DNA of 63,722 nucleotides, counting the filler, from Octopus bimaculoides (taxonomy: Eukaryota), in assembly GCF_001194135.2 (NCBI RefSeq). It is 4 parts of 4 records of this genome, joined end to end, with 100 filler letters (N's around TTAATTAATTAA, not from the genome) between each part and the next. Parts side by side here need not be neighbours in the genome. Positions count along the whole stretch, not along the records: positions 1 to 14,389 come from NC_068991.1; 3 more parts are not named here. One strand, given 5' to 3'. Below, one piece after another: positions 1 to 12,613 of this stretch (its first letter is position 1; every line of letters begins with the position of its first letter). The notes under the pieces were generated by a model. The model did not search any database. It was not told the DNA's origin and worked only from the letters and a program-made list of their open reading frames with translations. A program made the translations under genes and the position numbers.

Positions 1-18
1 ATATATATATATATATAA

Positions 19-875
19 TTAATCAAAAGACATACTAAGTATGTCTATTTGCTTGAAATAACAGTCAAAACTCGTTATTAAATCGCCAAAAATACACTGG
101 TGATTACTACAGAAATCAAAGGCAAATTTGGTTAAGACAGTCTACCTACTTACATTTAAGTGGACTAGTTTCTGCATTGGCGTAATATGTCTTAGCTTCT
201 TCAACACGCATTACCAGAAAGCGATTCCCAACTTATCCTTCCGAAATCTGTGCCGCTACTGTGCCGCTACTGATTCGTTTCGTGACGAAATCACAGCAGC
301 TTCCCAATGTAAAATAATCTCGTTGCCAAAATTACGAGAAAAATAATTTGATAAAATTAATTTACAAAGGTAACGTTAATTCTATTATATCCAATGTCAC
401 TATTTAAAGATGATAATAACAGAATTAATGATACAGGCGACTGCAGGCCAAAAAATAGCATTTAAATAGCCGAGTGATTAAAATTAATCAAAGGACATAC
501 TAAATATGTCTACTTGCTTAATTTCGGAAGGATAGGTCGGGAATCGCTTTCTGGTAATGCGTGCTGAAGCTAAGGCATAGTATTCCAATGCAGAAACTAG
601 TCCACGTAAATGCATACTCTTAAATGTTTGTAAGTAGATTGTCTTAACCAAATTTGCCTTTGTTGGATTTCTGTAGTAAACACCAGTGTACTTTTGGCGA
701 TTTAATAACGAGTTTTGACTGTTATTTCAAGCAGGTAGACATACTTAGTATGTCCCTTGATTAATTTAAATCCCTCGGCTATTCAAATGCTATTTTTTGG
801 CTAGCAGTCGCCTGTATCATTGATTCTGTTATTATCATTCTTAAACTAGTGACATTGGATAATAACTGAATTAAC
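19..875. repeat. Nested inverted-repeat (fold-back) structure from an unclassified repeat
   Basis: 19-247 is the reverse complement of about 521-771 (cttagcttcttcaacacgcattaccagaaagcgattcc vs ggaatcgctttctggtaatgcgtgctgaagctaag). 356-519 is the reverse complement of about 712-875. 482-519 is a direct repeat of about 18-55. Confidence 0.85.
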
Positions 876-898
876 GGTACCTTTGTAAATTAATTATA

Positions 899-1020
<122 letters not shown>

Positions 1021-1049
1021 TATATGTCTCTGTGTGTATGTGTGTGTGT

Positions 1050-1245
1050 CTCTTCGTGTCTATGTTTGTCCCCACCACCGCTTGAAAACCGGTGTGGGTG
1101 TGTTTACATCCCTTAGTGGTTCGGCGTAAGAGACCGATGTAATAAATACCAGGCTTTAAAAACAGTACTGAGGACGATTCATTCGACTAAAAATCCTTCG
1201 AGGCAGTACCCCAGTATGGCCGCAGTCTAATGACTGAAACAAGGA
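1050..1245 (+). mobile_element. SINE family A, 3' half
   Basis: tttgtccccaccaccgcttgaaaaccggtg...ccagtatggccgcagtctaatgactgaaacaag matches the 3' halves at 10425-10622, 19750-19935 and 30050-30265. Confidence 0.8.
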
Positions 1246-1297
1246 AATTTGTATATACATATATATATATATACACACACTCACACGCACACACACG

Positions 1298-1343
<46 letters not shown>

Positions 1344-1385
1344 CGTGTGTATACATATGTATATATGTATGATTTATGTATGAAT

Positions 1386-2070
1386 GTCATTATTCAGTTT
1401 TATTTCACAATTTCTTGCCAATAGAGAAAGAGACGGTTTCTAACCTAGATCCAAAAACCTTCATTGGAATTTCAACATCAACAACAGGGCATTTTTGTAT
1501 GTATGCATACGTGCAGATTTGTACGTTTTGTTTTATGTATGTCTTCTCATTCATATACTTGCATACCCAGACTTGCTCGTACATTCTTAAATGAAAAACC
1601 TCTGGAAAGTTTTACAGATTTTTACAGTTCTAGTGATGGCTTAGATCTAAATTCTTCGAATCAGCTGTTTCCTTTCTGATTTTGAGAAGACTAATTTCAC
1701 ATGATTGGTGTTTACGTAGTGTGTTACATATTCCCGTGTCCCAATAATTACAGGTATAAACATGAACTTCTAATCTGGATAGAGTAATTGCAGATTTCTC
1801 AATAGTTCTGCGTAGGTATTCTCTTTTTCACTGATCTTCAGCTTTATGCTAACATCCGCTGGGCAGCTGATTTCCACAACTGTACGCAATTTCTCTTCAC
1901 TGTGGCAAATCATTATATCATGTCTATTGTGCTTAAATTTTATTGAGGTTTTCACTGGATCATTCCACCAGTACTCCTTTTTATTATGAGTGGCTATGGC
2001 TTCCGCCATACTGTGGTTCCTTATTTCTTTGTCCTCGGTGTTATTTCATAAGTTTCTGCAGCATTTTTTA
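1386..2070 (-). mobile_element. REL-endonuclease non-LTR retrotransposon, 3' fragment ((CATA)n-associated family, copy 1)
   Basis: ORF 1770-2009 WWNDPVKTSIKFKHNRHDIMI...VVEISCP...EKENTYAEL resembles the restriction-like endonuclease domain (degenerate RPD...E...K/Y). The 3' UTR is shared with 48215-48575 and 62847-63219 and ends aataatgac followed by CATA-like repeats. Confidence 0.85.
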
Positions 2071-4189
2071 TTAGTTTAACATCAAATTTAATTGCATCAC
2101 AATCTTCCAAATTGTGTTCACGTCCCGACCCCATTCGGCAAACTAGTCGGTTGTGACAAGCAGCAGTTATCTGGATGTGTTGGAAGTGCTGTCACAGTCG
2201 TATCCTTCAATGTGGAATAAGAAAAGTTGGCAGGTCAGCTTATTTGATGTATAGTACTGACATTTTAAAATCGCAACAATCTAAGATATTTATTACTGCC
2301 TCTCCCAAAAGTTCTCAAATCCTCTGGAATTCACCTCTTATTTAAATGCAATATTCTCAAAGCCGGTTTGAAGCGAACAACTGCCTCCTCCCTAGATAAT
2401 TTCCTTCGTTAATTGACAAGAAATTGTCGAATTAATAAGTCATTAAGACATAATGATGTGCTAAAGTCGAATTAGTCCATCCCACAAACAGAAAGCAAAA
2501 TCATATTAAATTTAACCTTATATATTTTCCGGTTTTGCTTAATTAATGGTGAATGAATATAAGTAGTATAAACAGATCAATTTATGAGAATGAGGCTGTG
2601 ATGGGGAAATGCAAATTTTCTGTCTTTTTGTTTCCATGGTGATTTGTTTTAATAAAAAAAGATTGAGAAAAATGCTATTTATTGAGAAAAGCCAACGATA
2701 GTGGGGTAAAGAAAGACAAACAATTGATTAATTTATTGAGTGATTAACCGAGTAATTAAACAAGCAATCGATTAGTTGGTCAAATTACTAACCTGCTGAC
2801 TAGTAATAAGGAAATGAAATTGAGCCAGTGTGTGTGTTTATTATTAGTGTAATGACCCTCACAAGATACGATGAAAAATAATATTTAGTGAAACCAATTC
2901 TTTCAGCAGAAATAAATATTGGTAGATAATTTTGAGAAACAAAAATGATAATGAAGAAATATAATTTGAACGAAACAAAATATATTTTATTTATTCTCAA
3001 TGCGTTCTGGTTGATTCGAACGTGGTATATTTGATCGTTGTTGATGAATCCCACGTGTTATGAACACACATCTAAAGGAAGGAATATCCTTCGGTGGCGT
3101 AAAAACACCAGCAATCACATATTCTCGTACGAACCTGCTAGAACATATTAAGAATGGATAGATACATTATTGTATGGAATTTTGGTGTTCTGCGTGCGTC
3201 CCGTAAATTATTAGCGTTTCGAAACATGCATACAAATCAAGAACAAAAAATGTTTGTTGATGCATATAAATAAGTGTAGAGCTCCTACGAGTTTCATCAT
3301 TCCGATGTGGTAGCTTCAACTGAGGTAACAAGCGAGGAGGTCGAATCAGCGCGGTGTTTCTCGTGTTCCTTCACACTAGTCAGCCAGCAAATCACGCTTT
3401 CTTATAAATACATATGACCAAAAGGGAGGAAATGTCCACCGGTGGCAAAAAACAACAGTGATCAGATATCAACGTTCGAATATACCAAAATGTTTTACAT
3501 ATAGATACGTTATTGTTTGGAATTTCGCTGTTCATTCTTTTTTAACTTCGAAGATGCAACTTCTACAGATGAAAATGCAAAATAATGCTTAGTGCTGCCT
3601 TCTTACTAATTTTATCTATACTTTTAAATGACTTCCCTTTTACAGCAGTCTTTGATCAAGTTACGCAAAGCTCAAATATAGATAAATAGTAGATTTATTT
3701 CTAGTATAGCAAATCCGCTTCTTTACCGACAAGACAACCAGTAACATGTAGTAGTTGCTCGGTCTCTATTTCACTGCATTATGGTATGAATAATATTTTA
3801 ATATTTTTCATGTCAATGTTTCTCTATACTATTCTGTTTTTATCCTGATCCTAATTTTTGTGTGATCATGTGTCAGTTGCATAATTTTTATCATGATAAA
3901 TCTGTCTACCTACTAAAAATAAATAAACGAAAACTATTTGATTCCGCAAAATCTGCTCGCCTAAACGCAAATTTATTTTGTTTAATGGTTAATCCATCAC
4001 TGATGTTTCTAGTTTAAAATCTAAGAGGTCCTGAAAATTACTTGCTTAACAGAAGTATAAATCTAAATGAAAGTGATATGATCGGAATACTGGAGGCAGA
4101 TTAAATAAAACACGAAGAGATGAAGCAAACTACAAGAAGAGAGAATACGAGAAGAGTGAGAAAAATATTACAAAACTAAATTGAAAAAA

Positions 4190-5440
4190 CATTATCGGAG
4201 TAATAACATTACGCTTAATTCTATTTGTCTCAAGTATTCTCAAGTATTTATATCTGAATACAGGTTCAATTTACCTTCATCATTTTACCAATTGGCATAC
4301 ATATATCTTCTGTCCTGATAAGCTTTCCTCGTCTTATCACCATCATAACACATTTTGAAAGTCCAAACTCCATCCTGATATTATTTGAAAAAACCTGTGC
4401 AGACTGGTCTAGACTGTCTAGTTCTACTTCTCTTTATGGGAACAACTTCAATTCATCCGTGTATAGCAGGTGGTTCAGATTCCCTTTAGCACTTCTAAGA
4501 TTATGCGCCAGCTTTGTCTTCAGCAGTATTTTAATCTAGAGATCATTCCCCGCAGAAAGATCAATTAGGATACACTGCTCTCCTGAAAAATTCCTCTCCG
4601 AATTTTCACTTCTCATACTTGATTCCCTGATGTCAATTCAATATTCCAGCATTTCATACTTTTCCTTATAAAGCATATCACGTTTTCTGCTAATCCATAC
4701 ACTTCCATACTTTCTGCTAATAAGAGTAACGTATCATATCGTATACTTGAAAATAATCATTCCATACCATGCTTAGGTTTATGTGTCTTCTCTTCTAGTT
4801 TGAGATTAGTTAATCAATGAACAGCTGACCTTTCGTTGACCGGCTCCTGTTTCGTCACCCTTTAATACATTGCGGTCTACTTTTCCCTAAGTATCCATAC
4901 AGTTCATCAGCCAAAGCACTTGACAATAGTTTTCACATTAGCGGAAGACAGGTTATTGTTCGAAAGTTGGATACAACATTACCATTTTCAGGATCCTTGG
5001 CTCATAACAATGTTGTTCTCGTTGTCATCCAGCTGGGTACGTACTGAGTTTTCCTGCAAGCACTTATCCAGCTGTTGTGCTATCCTTGCATGGAGCCCTC
5101 TCAGCTTCTTCATTCAATAATCTTGGACACCAATTACAACTGGTATTCCGTTCACTCTCTTCAACCTGCGAATTTTCCCGCTTCAAATCGTCATAGTTGT
5201 TCAGTATTTCTTCTTTCTCTTTGATCCTCTTGTCACCGGGATATTTGATATGCTTGCTAATTTAGTTAGCAGGTATCTCATCTTGAGGATTAGTGACTAC
5301 AAGTCTCTTCGAGTCTTAAAAATCTTTCCTAGGATTCTTGGGAACCATAGAACGGTGCTCTTCTCAGGCCAACGTTTTTTGGCGCTAAGATGGCACGTGT
5401 TGTCAGCTACGACTTTACTTTTAACAAAATTATTATTAAT
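4190..5440 (-). mobile_element. Decayed R4/Dong-like LINE (RT region)
   Basis: Minus-strand translations across stops and frameshifts: NLSMVWNDY..YD, VKIRRGIFQ, LNHLLYTDELKL (about 4445-4478), FSNNIRMEFGLSKC. Confidence 0.85.
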
Positions 5441-5696
5441 AACGTAATAATACCTATTTAATTTAGAATTTTTATAAATATAAATTAGAAATGGAAACTA
5501 AAATAATAAATTGTACAATCAAATTAATTAATCATTAAATGATAAATTCAGTTTTATTATTTTATACAAAGAAATAACACATCTTGTAAATTACAGCTGT
5601 TTCAACAACATTAAGAAAGACAAGTTTTTCAAGAATAATAAAATACCGTTTAAATATAATAAGGTTTCATCAGATAGAATTTATATATATATATAT

Positions 5697-5765
<69 letters not shown>

Positions 5766-6019
5766 CTGTGTGTGTGTTTGTGTGTCTGTGTGTCTGTGTG
5801 TACGTACAATGGTGATGGAAACTGGTACAAGAAATCCACAAAGAAATATCTTGAGAGGAAACCATTAAACAGGAATAACGTGTTCCAAATGTGATCCTCC
5901 GATAATAGGTTATCAACATAAGGGAAGAATATGTGACCCAGATAAGGATAAGAGTACTAGGCATAGTAAGTGTTCATTCTTTTGGGCTTAACTAACACAA
6001 ACCAAAATAAAAGAGCTAA

Positions 6020-6330
6020 AAATATATGCCGGCAAATGAAACAAAGCGTGAGAAGAAAATTGAACTTCAATAGTGAGGAGATAAAATATAGCGTATACTT
6101 CATATGTCCTCTAAAACTCTGCGAATCAAGAGGATTGAAATGTTAAACATGAAATATCATTTCTGCTGATATTGGATCTCCTCAACAGCATCTAGCTTCT
6201 TTCTAATTTTGACAACATAGGATCGGGTAACATTCAGGAAGCAAGCTATCTCTGCATCACTGTACTTCACTTTTAAGGCAACGATTGCACAATAATTTTC
6301 ATTTGCTGAGCTAACCTGGTGCATGACTTT
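6020..6330 (-). mobile_element. IS630-Tc1-mariner (maT/DD37D-like) transposase N-terminal fragment
   Basis: Minus translation ...CAIVALKVKYSDAEIACFLNVTRSYVVKIRKKLDAVEE is HTH-like. Family assignment is from recall. Confidence 0.5.
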
Positions 6331-6408
6331 ATTATCTGAAAGGTAAAGTAAAAAAAGGTAGAAGTGTGTTAGAGCTCTTCAAAGTGATAGTTCTCAAAAA
6401 TCTGATGC

Positions 6409-6473
<65 letters not shown>

Positions 6474-6860
6474 ACACACACATACATATATATATAATAT
6501 CTTCAACATCAATAATATTGATAGTGACTTCGAGGTGTGTAGAGCTCTGTTGAATGATACATAGGTTGTAGGGTAAGTTCTGCCGAAGTGTTATTAACAA
6601 TTCTATTGATTAAATCTGGGGTTTAATTACATTTCTTGTTCAGAATGTATTCATGCATATAGAACTATGTAATCAGGTGTGTATATTTAGGTGTGTCAAC
6701 TTCAGGTCATGGGATTGATTTTTGGGGGTTCACAAAAGACTATAGTGAAGTGGAATGCGTTGAATTGGACTGTGAAGCATTATCATCCCAACATACACTT
6801 CATGTTTTGAATTTGTAATGAATTTAATCTTGCTGTCTAAGACCCTCTCAAATTATAGTT

Positions 6861-7043
6861 TTACGATACACTTGACAATTTCATATCATTTTTCTTATTT
6901 TTCTTTTCCGCCATGTTCAGATCTTCGATTCTCTGTGGTAGAACACGGTTTCCAGTTTCTGGTAAAAATAGTTGGACCAAAATTGAAGAAACTATACAAC
7001 TGGTCCCTATGATAATACCAGGAGCCCACGGAAATGCCATAGC
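6861..7043 (-). CDS. SLC22/organic cation transporter-like gene, terminal coding exon (TM12 + C-tail)
   Basis: Acceptor ttttctatctacag|GCT, phase 0. Encodes AMAFPWAPGIIIGTSCIVSSILVQLFLPETGNRVLPQRIEDLNMAEKKNKKNDMKLSSVS*. LPETxxxxLPxxIED is the SLC22 C-terminal signature. Confidence 0.92.
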   Translation of the reverse strand, partial: AMAFPWAPGIIIGTSCIVSSILVQLFLPETGNRVLPQRIEDLNMAEKKNKKNDMKLSSVS

Positions 7044-7584
7044 CTGTAGATAGAAAACTTACAATATTAGTGAAATTATATCAAATAAATTTATAGATAA
7101 ATAGAGATAGCAATCTGACCAATCAGAAAAATATATGATTTCAATCAATGGGAAAACGTGTCTATAATTATTGCATTTAATTTATCGATGGGAGCAGATT
7201 CTTCTAACAAGTGCAGCAGACTCTATACGAAGATTTAGTGAGAAACAGAGATACGCAAAGAGGAAACACAAATAGGTAGGAGAAATATCGCTTTAGAAAG
7301 AGAAGACAGTTTTAGTAAGAGAAATACTTTTATAAAAATAAAAGAATGTAGATGACTTATCTAGAACGGAAGAATGCTGAAAAGAATTGAAATTATGATA
7401 GACAAGAAAGTATGATGCACATTAAAATGAAGGAAAAGAGTATTGTATTGAAATCAAGTCTATTATGAACTTAACTGTGCATAGTTTCAGGCACAATATT
7501 TTGGAATGAATAGGAAATCTTTCCAAAAGTTTCGTTTCATTCTGTTTTTCTAAGATTACTAAAAATAGCTAACTTTCATCCTCC

Positions 7585-7706
<122 letters not shown>

Positions 7707-7747
7707 TACAAAACACATTTGCTATTTTATATCATATCTATATTATA

Positions 7748-9325
7748 CTAGCAGAGATACCGGCGTTACTCGGGATTAAAATGGCATAATTTGTATATAT
7801 ATATATATTACAGTTATCTTTAAACAGGCGATACGGGAAACTGCAACATTGTCGACAAAACATTTGTGGAGTAACTGATGGGCTAATTCGACTAAGCGAC
7901 ATGTCATGCGTCTGTTTGGAGTATTCCAGGCCCTAATCTGTCATGGAAAATTGAGGGTGGGGTTATGTGAATTTTGAACGCGCCGAAAATCTGTCAGCGC
8001 ATATACTCTCCATAGCGGCAGTCGGCGCTGTGTCTAACATGGCCCATCGTCTGAAGTTTGACACCTCCTTGGGGTTTGTTGTCCTACATCACTCATAAAG
8101 TAAACTTACAGGAAGTGAGGATATTCATGTGTAGGTAACAGGGATCCATTGAGGTGAGAGACTTGCCCTTGAACTTTGAACGTCGGCCTAAATCCATGTT
8201 CAATTATCTCCTTAGATGCACCAAACGATGTCATTTGAAATTCAGAGTTGTATTGTCTGATATTGTTCAGAAAATCCTTTGACTGGATGGAAATGCCTTC
8301 CAGAAGATCCATAAGAGGTTGAAGAGGAGCTAATAGTGCTGGCTATCCTACTTTACCACCTGAGCAGCGCATGTTATTAGTTTCATTTAGAAATTTAAAA
8401 TTTTTGCAGGAACGACAATTTTAGTTTAGCACACCAATTTGGACAAAATTATCATTTTATAAGAATGGGATGGATCATATCTGAAAGCAGCTCCAGGAGT
8501 TGTCAAGGACGACTATGTACGTAGTCTGTTTCTGAGAGCTATTCTTTTGAACCTCTGTCTAATCATTAAAATGTTCTCTCTTGAGACTCCATCTGACGTG
8601 CTGCAGCATGCCTTTACTGATCTTGAGCAAGTTTCATTGCGCTTCTCTCTTGGGAGCCATTTGACGTGCTGCAGCATGCGTCTACTGATCTTGAAAAAGT
8701 CATATTTCTCTTCTGTATTGTGACACCTTCTGATGTGCTTCAGCATGCCTTTGCTGATCTTAAGAATGTCTCATTTCGCTTCTGTGTTGAGACGCCATTT
8801 GACGTGCTGCAGCATACATTTGTTGATCTTGGGAAAGTCTCATCTTCCTTCTGAATAGAGACTTCATTTGATGTGCTGTAGTATGCCTTTGCTGATCTTG
8901 GGAAGTCTCATTCCGCTTCTGTCTTGAAACTCCATTTGATGTTGTGCTGCAGTATGCCTTCGTTGATCTTGAGAAAGGATCATCTCGCTTCTGTCTAAAG
9001 AAATAAAATGACCTGAATGATATCACATTAGAATTAAAAGGGAAAGAATAAAAGTGAGACAATATGATAGCCTTATCACATTATAATTAAAAGTTAGAAA
9101 ATAAAGTGGAACAAAATTATATCACATTACAATATAGATCTTATTCTTTCACTTTTGACACATAATACCGAACCAGTGCCAGTGTTATATTGTTTTAATC
9201 GAAATGAAACTAAAAATTACATGCTGATGCTCACAGGGTCTGATACTATTACCTCGTAAAATTTGATTTGATCGAACCGTTTGCGAATGCATAGGGAACA
9301 GACAGACAAAGAATTTATATATAGA
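7748..9325 (-). mobile_element. Internally deleted Helitron in the last intron of the SLC22-like gene
   Basis: Minus strand starts A|TCTATATA (9325) and ends in hairpin cccgagtaacgccgg then CTAG|T (7748), an AT target. ORF 8106-8312 FLNNIRQYNSEFQMTSFGA...PTFKVQGQV and the upstream Cys motif match the RepHel N-terminus. A (CTGT)n tract lies near the 5' end. Confidence 0.92.
8530..9000 (-). repeat. About six tandem 69-bp (23-codon) coding repeats inside the Helitron
   Basis: The ga(c/t)gtgctgcagcatgcc core recurs at 8595, 8663, 8732, 8801, 8870 and 8938. Translates to R/Q-rich repeats (QDQQRH.AARQMASQ). Confidence 0.85.
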
Positions 9326-9339
9326 TTATATGCATATAC

Positions 9340-9415
<76 letters not shown>

Positions 9416-9586
9416 GATACAAAGATATAGTAAAAGAATTGCCTAATTTTATAGATAGATATATTTCACATGTGCGTGTGTGTGTGCATTTGTATCTGCT
9501 GTACAATTAAATGCTATTCATGACAGTCCGTATGTATTTGAAAATCTCACTAATAGTTTAGATTAAAAAACTCAGTATTTCCTTAC

Positions 9587-9659
9587 CAAGAGTTTGAGCC
9601 AAGGTGCTACCATACATACAAATCGCGTGAAAGTTGTAACAAAACTACTTCCAACAGTT
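9587..9659 (-). CDS. SLC22-like gene, penultimate coding exon (TM11)
   Basis: Acceptor ttcttgttattgtag|A and donor TTG|gtaagg. 73 nt, phase 2 to phase 0: (R)TVGSSFVTTFTRFVCMVAPWLKLL. Joins both neighbouring exons in frame. Confidence 0.9.
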
Positions 9660-10081
9660 CTACAATAACAAGAAATTTACGATTAGAAACAATGTTTAGT
9701 TAGAATATATAAATCAATCGGAAAGTTATAAAATGTAGAACAATGGGTTAAATTATTTAGAAAATAATGTCTCGTTAGTTTAGCTTATGCTCAAATGCAG
9801 CTATAACATTGTAGCTTTTCAGTCTCTCAGTCTAGTTTCATACAGGCTCCAAGCACAAACCAAACTTCAGAAATAAGTCGACCAGTTGTAACTTATCTCA
9901 TATCTTGATTTGATACACTGATTTTGTGTTTTTAAATTTCAAATTTCAAATTGAAAAACATTGAAGTGTAGTCATGAAATTAAGTAAAGGTGGTAAGAAG
10001 ACAATTTTAAGTTCCTATATCCACCAACCGTAGCAAAAGAGGAAGAGAGGTAGATCTCGTATCGGCTGTGTGGTAAGTATA

Positions 10082-10226
10082 GGCGCAGGAGTGGCTGTGT
10101 GGTAAGTAGCTTGCTTACCAGCCACATGGTTCCGTGGCACTTTGGGCAAGTGTCTTCTACTATAGCTTCGGGCCGACCAAAGCCTTGTGAGTGGATTTGG
10201 TAGACGGAAACTGAAAGAAGCCCGTC

Positions 10227-10257
<31 letters not shown>

Positions 10258-10622
10258 NNNNNNNNNNNNNNNNNNNNNNNNNNNNNNNNNNNNNNNNNNN
10301 NNNNNNNNNNNNNNNNNNNNNNNNNNNNNNNNNNNNNNNNNNNNNNNNNNNNNNNNNNNNNNNNNNNNNNNNNNNNNNNNNNNNNNNNGTGTGTGTGTGC
10401 GTGTGTGTGTACGTGTGTGTGTATGTTTGTCCCCCCACCATCGCTTGACAACCGATGCTGGTGTGTTTACGTCTCTGTAACGTAGTGGTTCGGCAAAAGA
10501 AACCGATAGAATAAGTACTAGGCTTACAAAGAATAAGTCCTGGGGTCGATTTCTTCGACTAAAGGTGGTGGTGCTCCAGCATGGCCGTACACAAATGACT
10601 GAAACAAATAAAAGAGTAAAAG
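10082..10622 (+). mobile_element. SINE family A, full length with internal microsatellite and gap
   Basis: tRNA-like head ggcgcaggagtggctgtgtggtaag (A box; B-box region deleted here), body ...gtggatttggtagacggaaactgaaagaagccc, then (TA)n/(TG)n, then the 3' half. Confidence 0.85.
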
Positions 10623-10623
10623 A

Positions 10624-10661
<38 letters not shown>

Positions 10662-10674
10662 GATGATTCCGTAC

Positions 10675-10795
10675 CGTATGTGTGTAGGATAGAGTTCTGA
10701 AGTGTAAATAAGATCACCACAGGCGGCAGCACTCACTTCAGCAACTGCTGTGATATACAAAATAAGGATGATATATTCAGTCGTTTTACTGCTCT
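10675..10795 (-). CDS. SLC22-like gene, third-from-last coding exon (TM10 + ELYPT motif)
   Basis: Acceptor tcttttttcttcag|AG and donor CG|gtacgg. 121 nt: xSSKTTEYIILILYITAVAEVSAAACGDLIYTSELYPTHI(R). YTxELxPTxxR is the SLC22/MFS motif. Confidence 0.9.
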
Positions 10796-11539
10796 CTGAA
10801 GAAAAAAGATACATTAGATGTGAAAATACATTTAGTATCTAGGCCAACTGTTCATTTAACGAAACGGGAAATAGAACAATAATATAATGATATAAAACAT
10901 ATTAAAATAATGATTTTTTTTTCATATGAGCGTGAGTCTACGCTATTATAAAAAAAAACTAAGTACTTGTCTGCTTATTTCGTCGAACATGGAATTATGA
11001 ATGAAAAGTACGAATATGAAAAAAAATTATTTGTGGGTCTTCAGCTCTGTCCCACGTGACTATCTTAATAAAATATTGGAATTCTGAAGTTAAAATTTTG
11101 AAAGTCCGAAGTCAAAATATTGAAAGTTCTGTGAATCAATGATGAATGATTATAAAATAGCGAATGATAAATGGTAGACAGTTCCCACAGAATCTATTAC
11201 AACTTGACAATAAACCAATTTCGTAAAAATATCAAATGAAATGTTCAAAAGTGAAAACAGATTTGGTCTCCACTTCGCTCTATACTTTTTATTCTTCAAG
11301 TGGCGAAAGAAAGAAATCAATTTAAGTTAACAGATGACTCTAGGATGGACTTTGCTTATTAAAACTTTCAAATTCAATTGATGACATGAAGTAATTTTCT
11401 GCGAATGATCCACACCTTTAATTTTCAAAATTTCTGATCTAAGCATCTTAACATGTCTTCAGCGATATAGAATTTACAATGTAATTATTCTTTTTCATTC
11501 CAGGTGCCATTATATTAAACATTTGCGAAGAGTAACCAT

Positions 11540-11965
11540 GCCATGTACAAAAAATTCAGCAGAAGTGTCAGATTTTCAAAGATTGTTGGCAATCTGGTAT
11601 TGTTGGGCAATCTGAGGCTGGTCTAAGCCAGCGAAAATTTGCCGAAAATCTTCAAATTCCTCTTGCTACTATTAATAGAATTATAGTGCAAATCAAAGCC
11701 AAGGAAAAGAATCAACAGATTCTCGTCCCGACCGACCTGAGCCTCGGAAAGGAAGCTTCGCTGTTTGAAGAGAATTGTGGAAAACGAAGGCTTCTGACAT
11801 TGCAAAACAGCTAGAAGTTAGTCCAAGAACGTGTGTTACATATCTGCATAAGCTTGGGTATTATGGACGAGCAGCTAGAAGAAAATCTCTCCTTCAACCA
11901 ATTAATATCATGAAAAGAAAGAAATGGGCTAAGGAGATGTCAGAAAAACCCAGTTCAATTTTATT
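11540..11965 (+). mobile_element. Tc1-like transposase N-terminal (HTH) fragment, frameshifted
   Basis: GQSEAGLSQRKFAENLQIPLATINRII and ASDIAKQLEVSPRTCVTYLHKLGYYGRAARRKSLL...KRKKWAKE. Confidence 0.85.
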
Positions 11966-12094
11966 GATAATAACGATAATAATTCTTGACTGGACTTTAT
12001 AAATATTTTAGATTCCATCCAAGTATATTATCATTTTTAATATATATAAGAGAGAGAAATGGAGGGAGAGAGAGAGACATACAAACATACATAT

Positions 12095-12613
12095 ATTACA
12101 TGGAAAAATGCGAGCATGAAATGTAATATTCTTAAGATTATAAACCTGGAAAAGTACAGGACAAGTTATTACACCTGTAAAAGTATAGGACAAGCTATTA
12201 CTTCTAGTAAAGTAAAGAATAAGAAACTTTTTTACTTAGAATATTGCAGCAAAGAATGCCAGTTCTTCTGATTTGTCACTCTTTATAGTTCTCATCTTAA
12301 ATTTATTGCACAAAACTGTTCAGCTAATTTGTAAGTTTGTCTAATTAGTCACTGTTTTCTGTATTTAAGGTAGTAAATTAGTCAAATTCTACTTAAATAA
12401 GTATAGTGTATTTGTAAACTATAATAAAATAAATTTTAATATTCAAATTTTAATTTTAGCTGTAATATTTTAAGTAAAAAGTTTCTTATTCTTTACTTTA
12501 CTAGAAGTAATAGCTTGTTCTATTCTGTTACAGGTGTAATAACTTGTCCTGTTCTTTTCCAGGTTTATAGTTTTAAGAATATTACTTTTCATGCTCGCAT
12601 TTTTCTATGTAAT
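12095..12613. mobile_element. Fold-back/MITE-like element with about 155-bp inverted arms
   Basis: 12095-12250 is the reverse complement of 12459-12613 (attacatggaaaaatgcgagcatgaa...aatattgcagc vs gctgtaatatt...ttcatgctcgcatttttctatgtaat). AT-rich spacer of about 210 bp. No clear TSD. Confidence 0.85.

Noticed and set aside
5355-5400. cttctcaggcc...ttttggcgctaagat resembles the U2 snRNA 5' end, next to a REL LINE (Utopia-like target?)
   Set aside because: Needs three insertions in about 25 nt and has no further U2 sequence; more likely the LINE 5' region or chance.
5650-5964. Minus ORF with LILIWVTYSSLMLITYY, vaguely like SLC22 TM7
   Set aside because: Lies downstream of the stop exon, has no convincing splice sites and runs into (CA)n.
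6921-7052. Apparent plus-strand exon after a strong polypyrimidine tract
   Set aside because: It is the antisense of the SLC22 terminal exon; the pyrimidine tract is the Lys-rich C-tail.
10737-10795. Shorter 59-nt exon using the internal GTGAGT donor
   Set aside because: It would omit the ELYPT motif and break frame with the next exon. At most an alternative donor.
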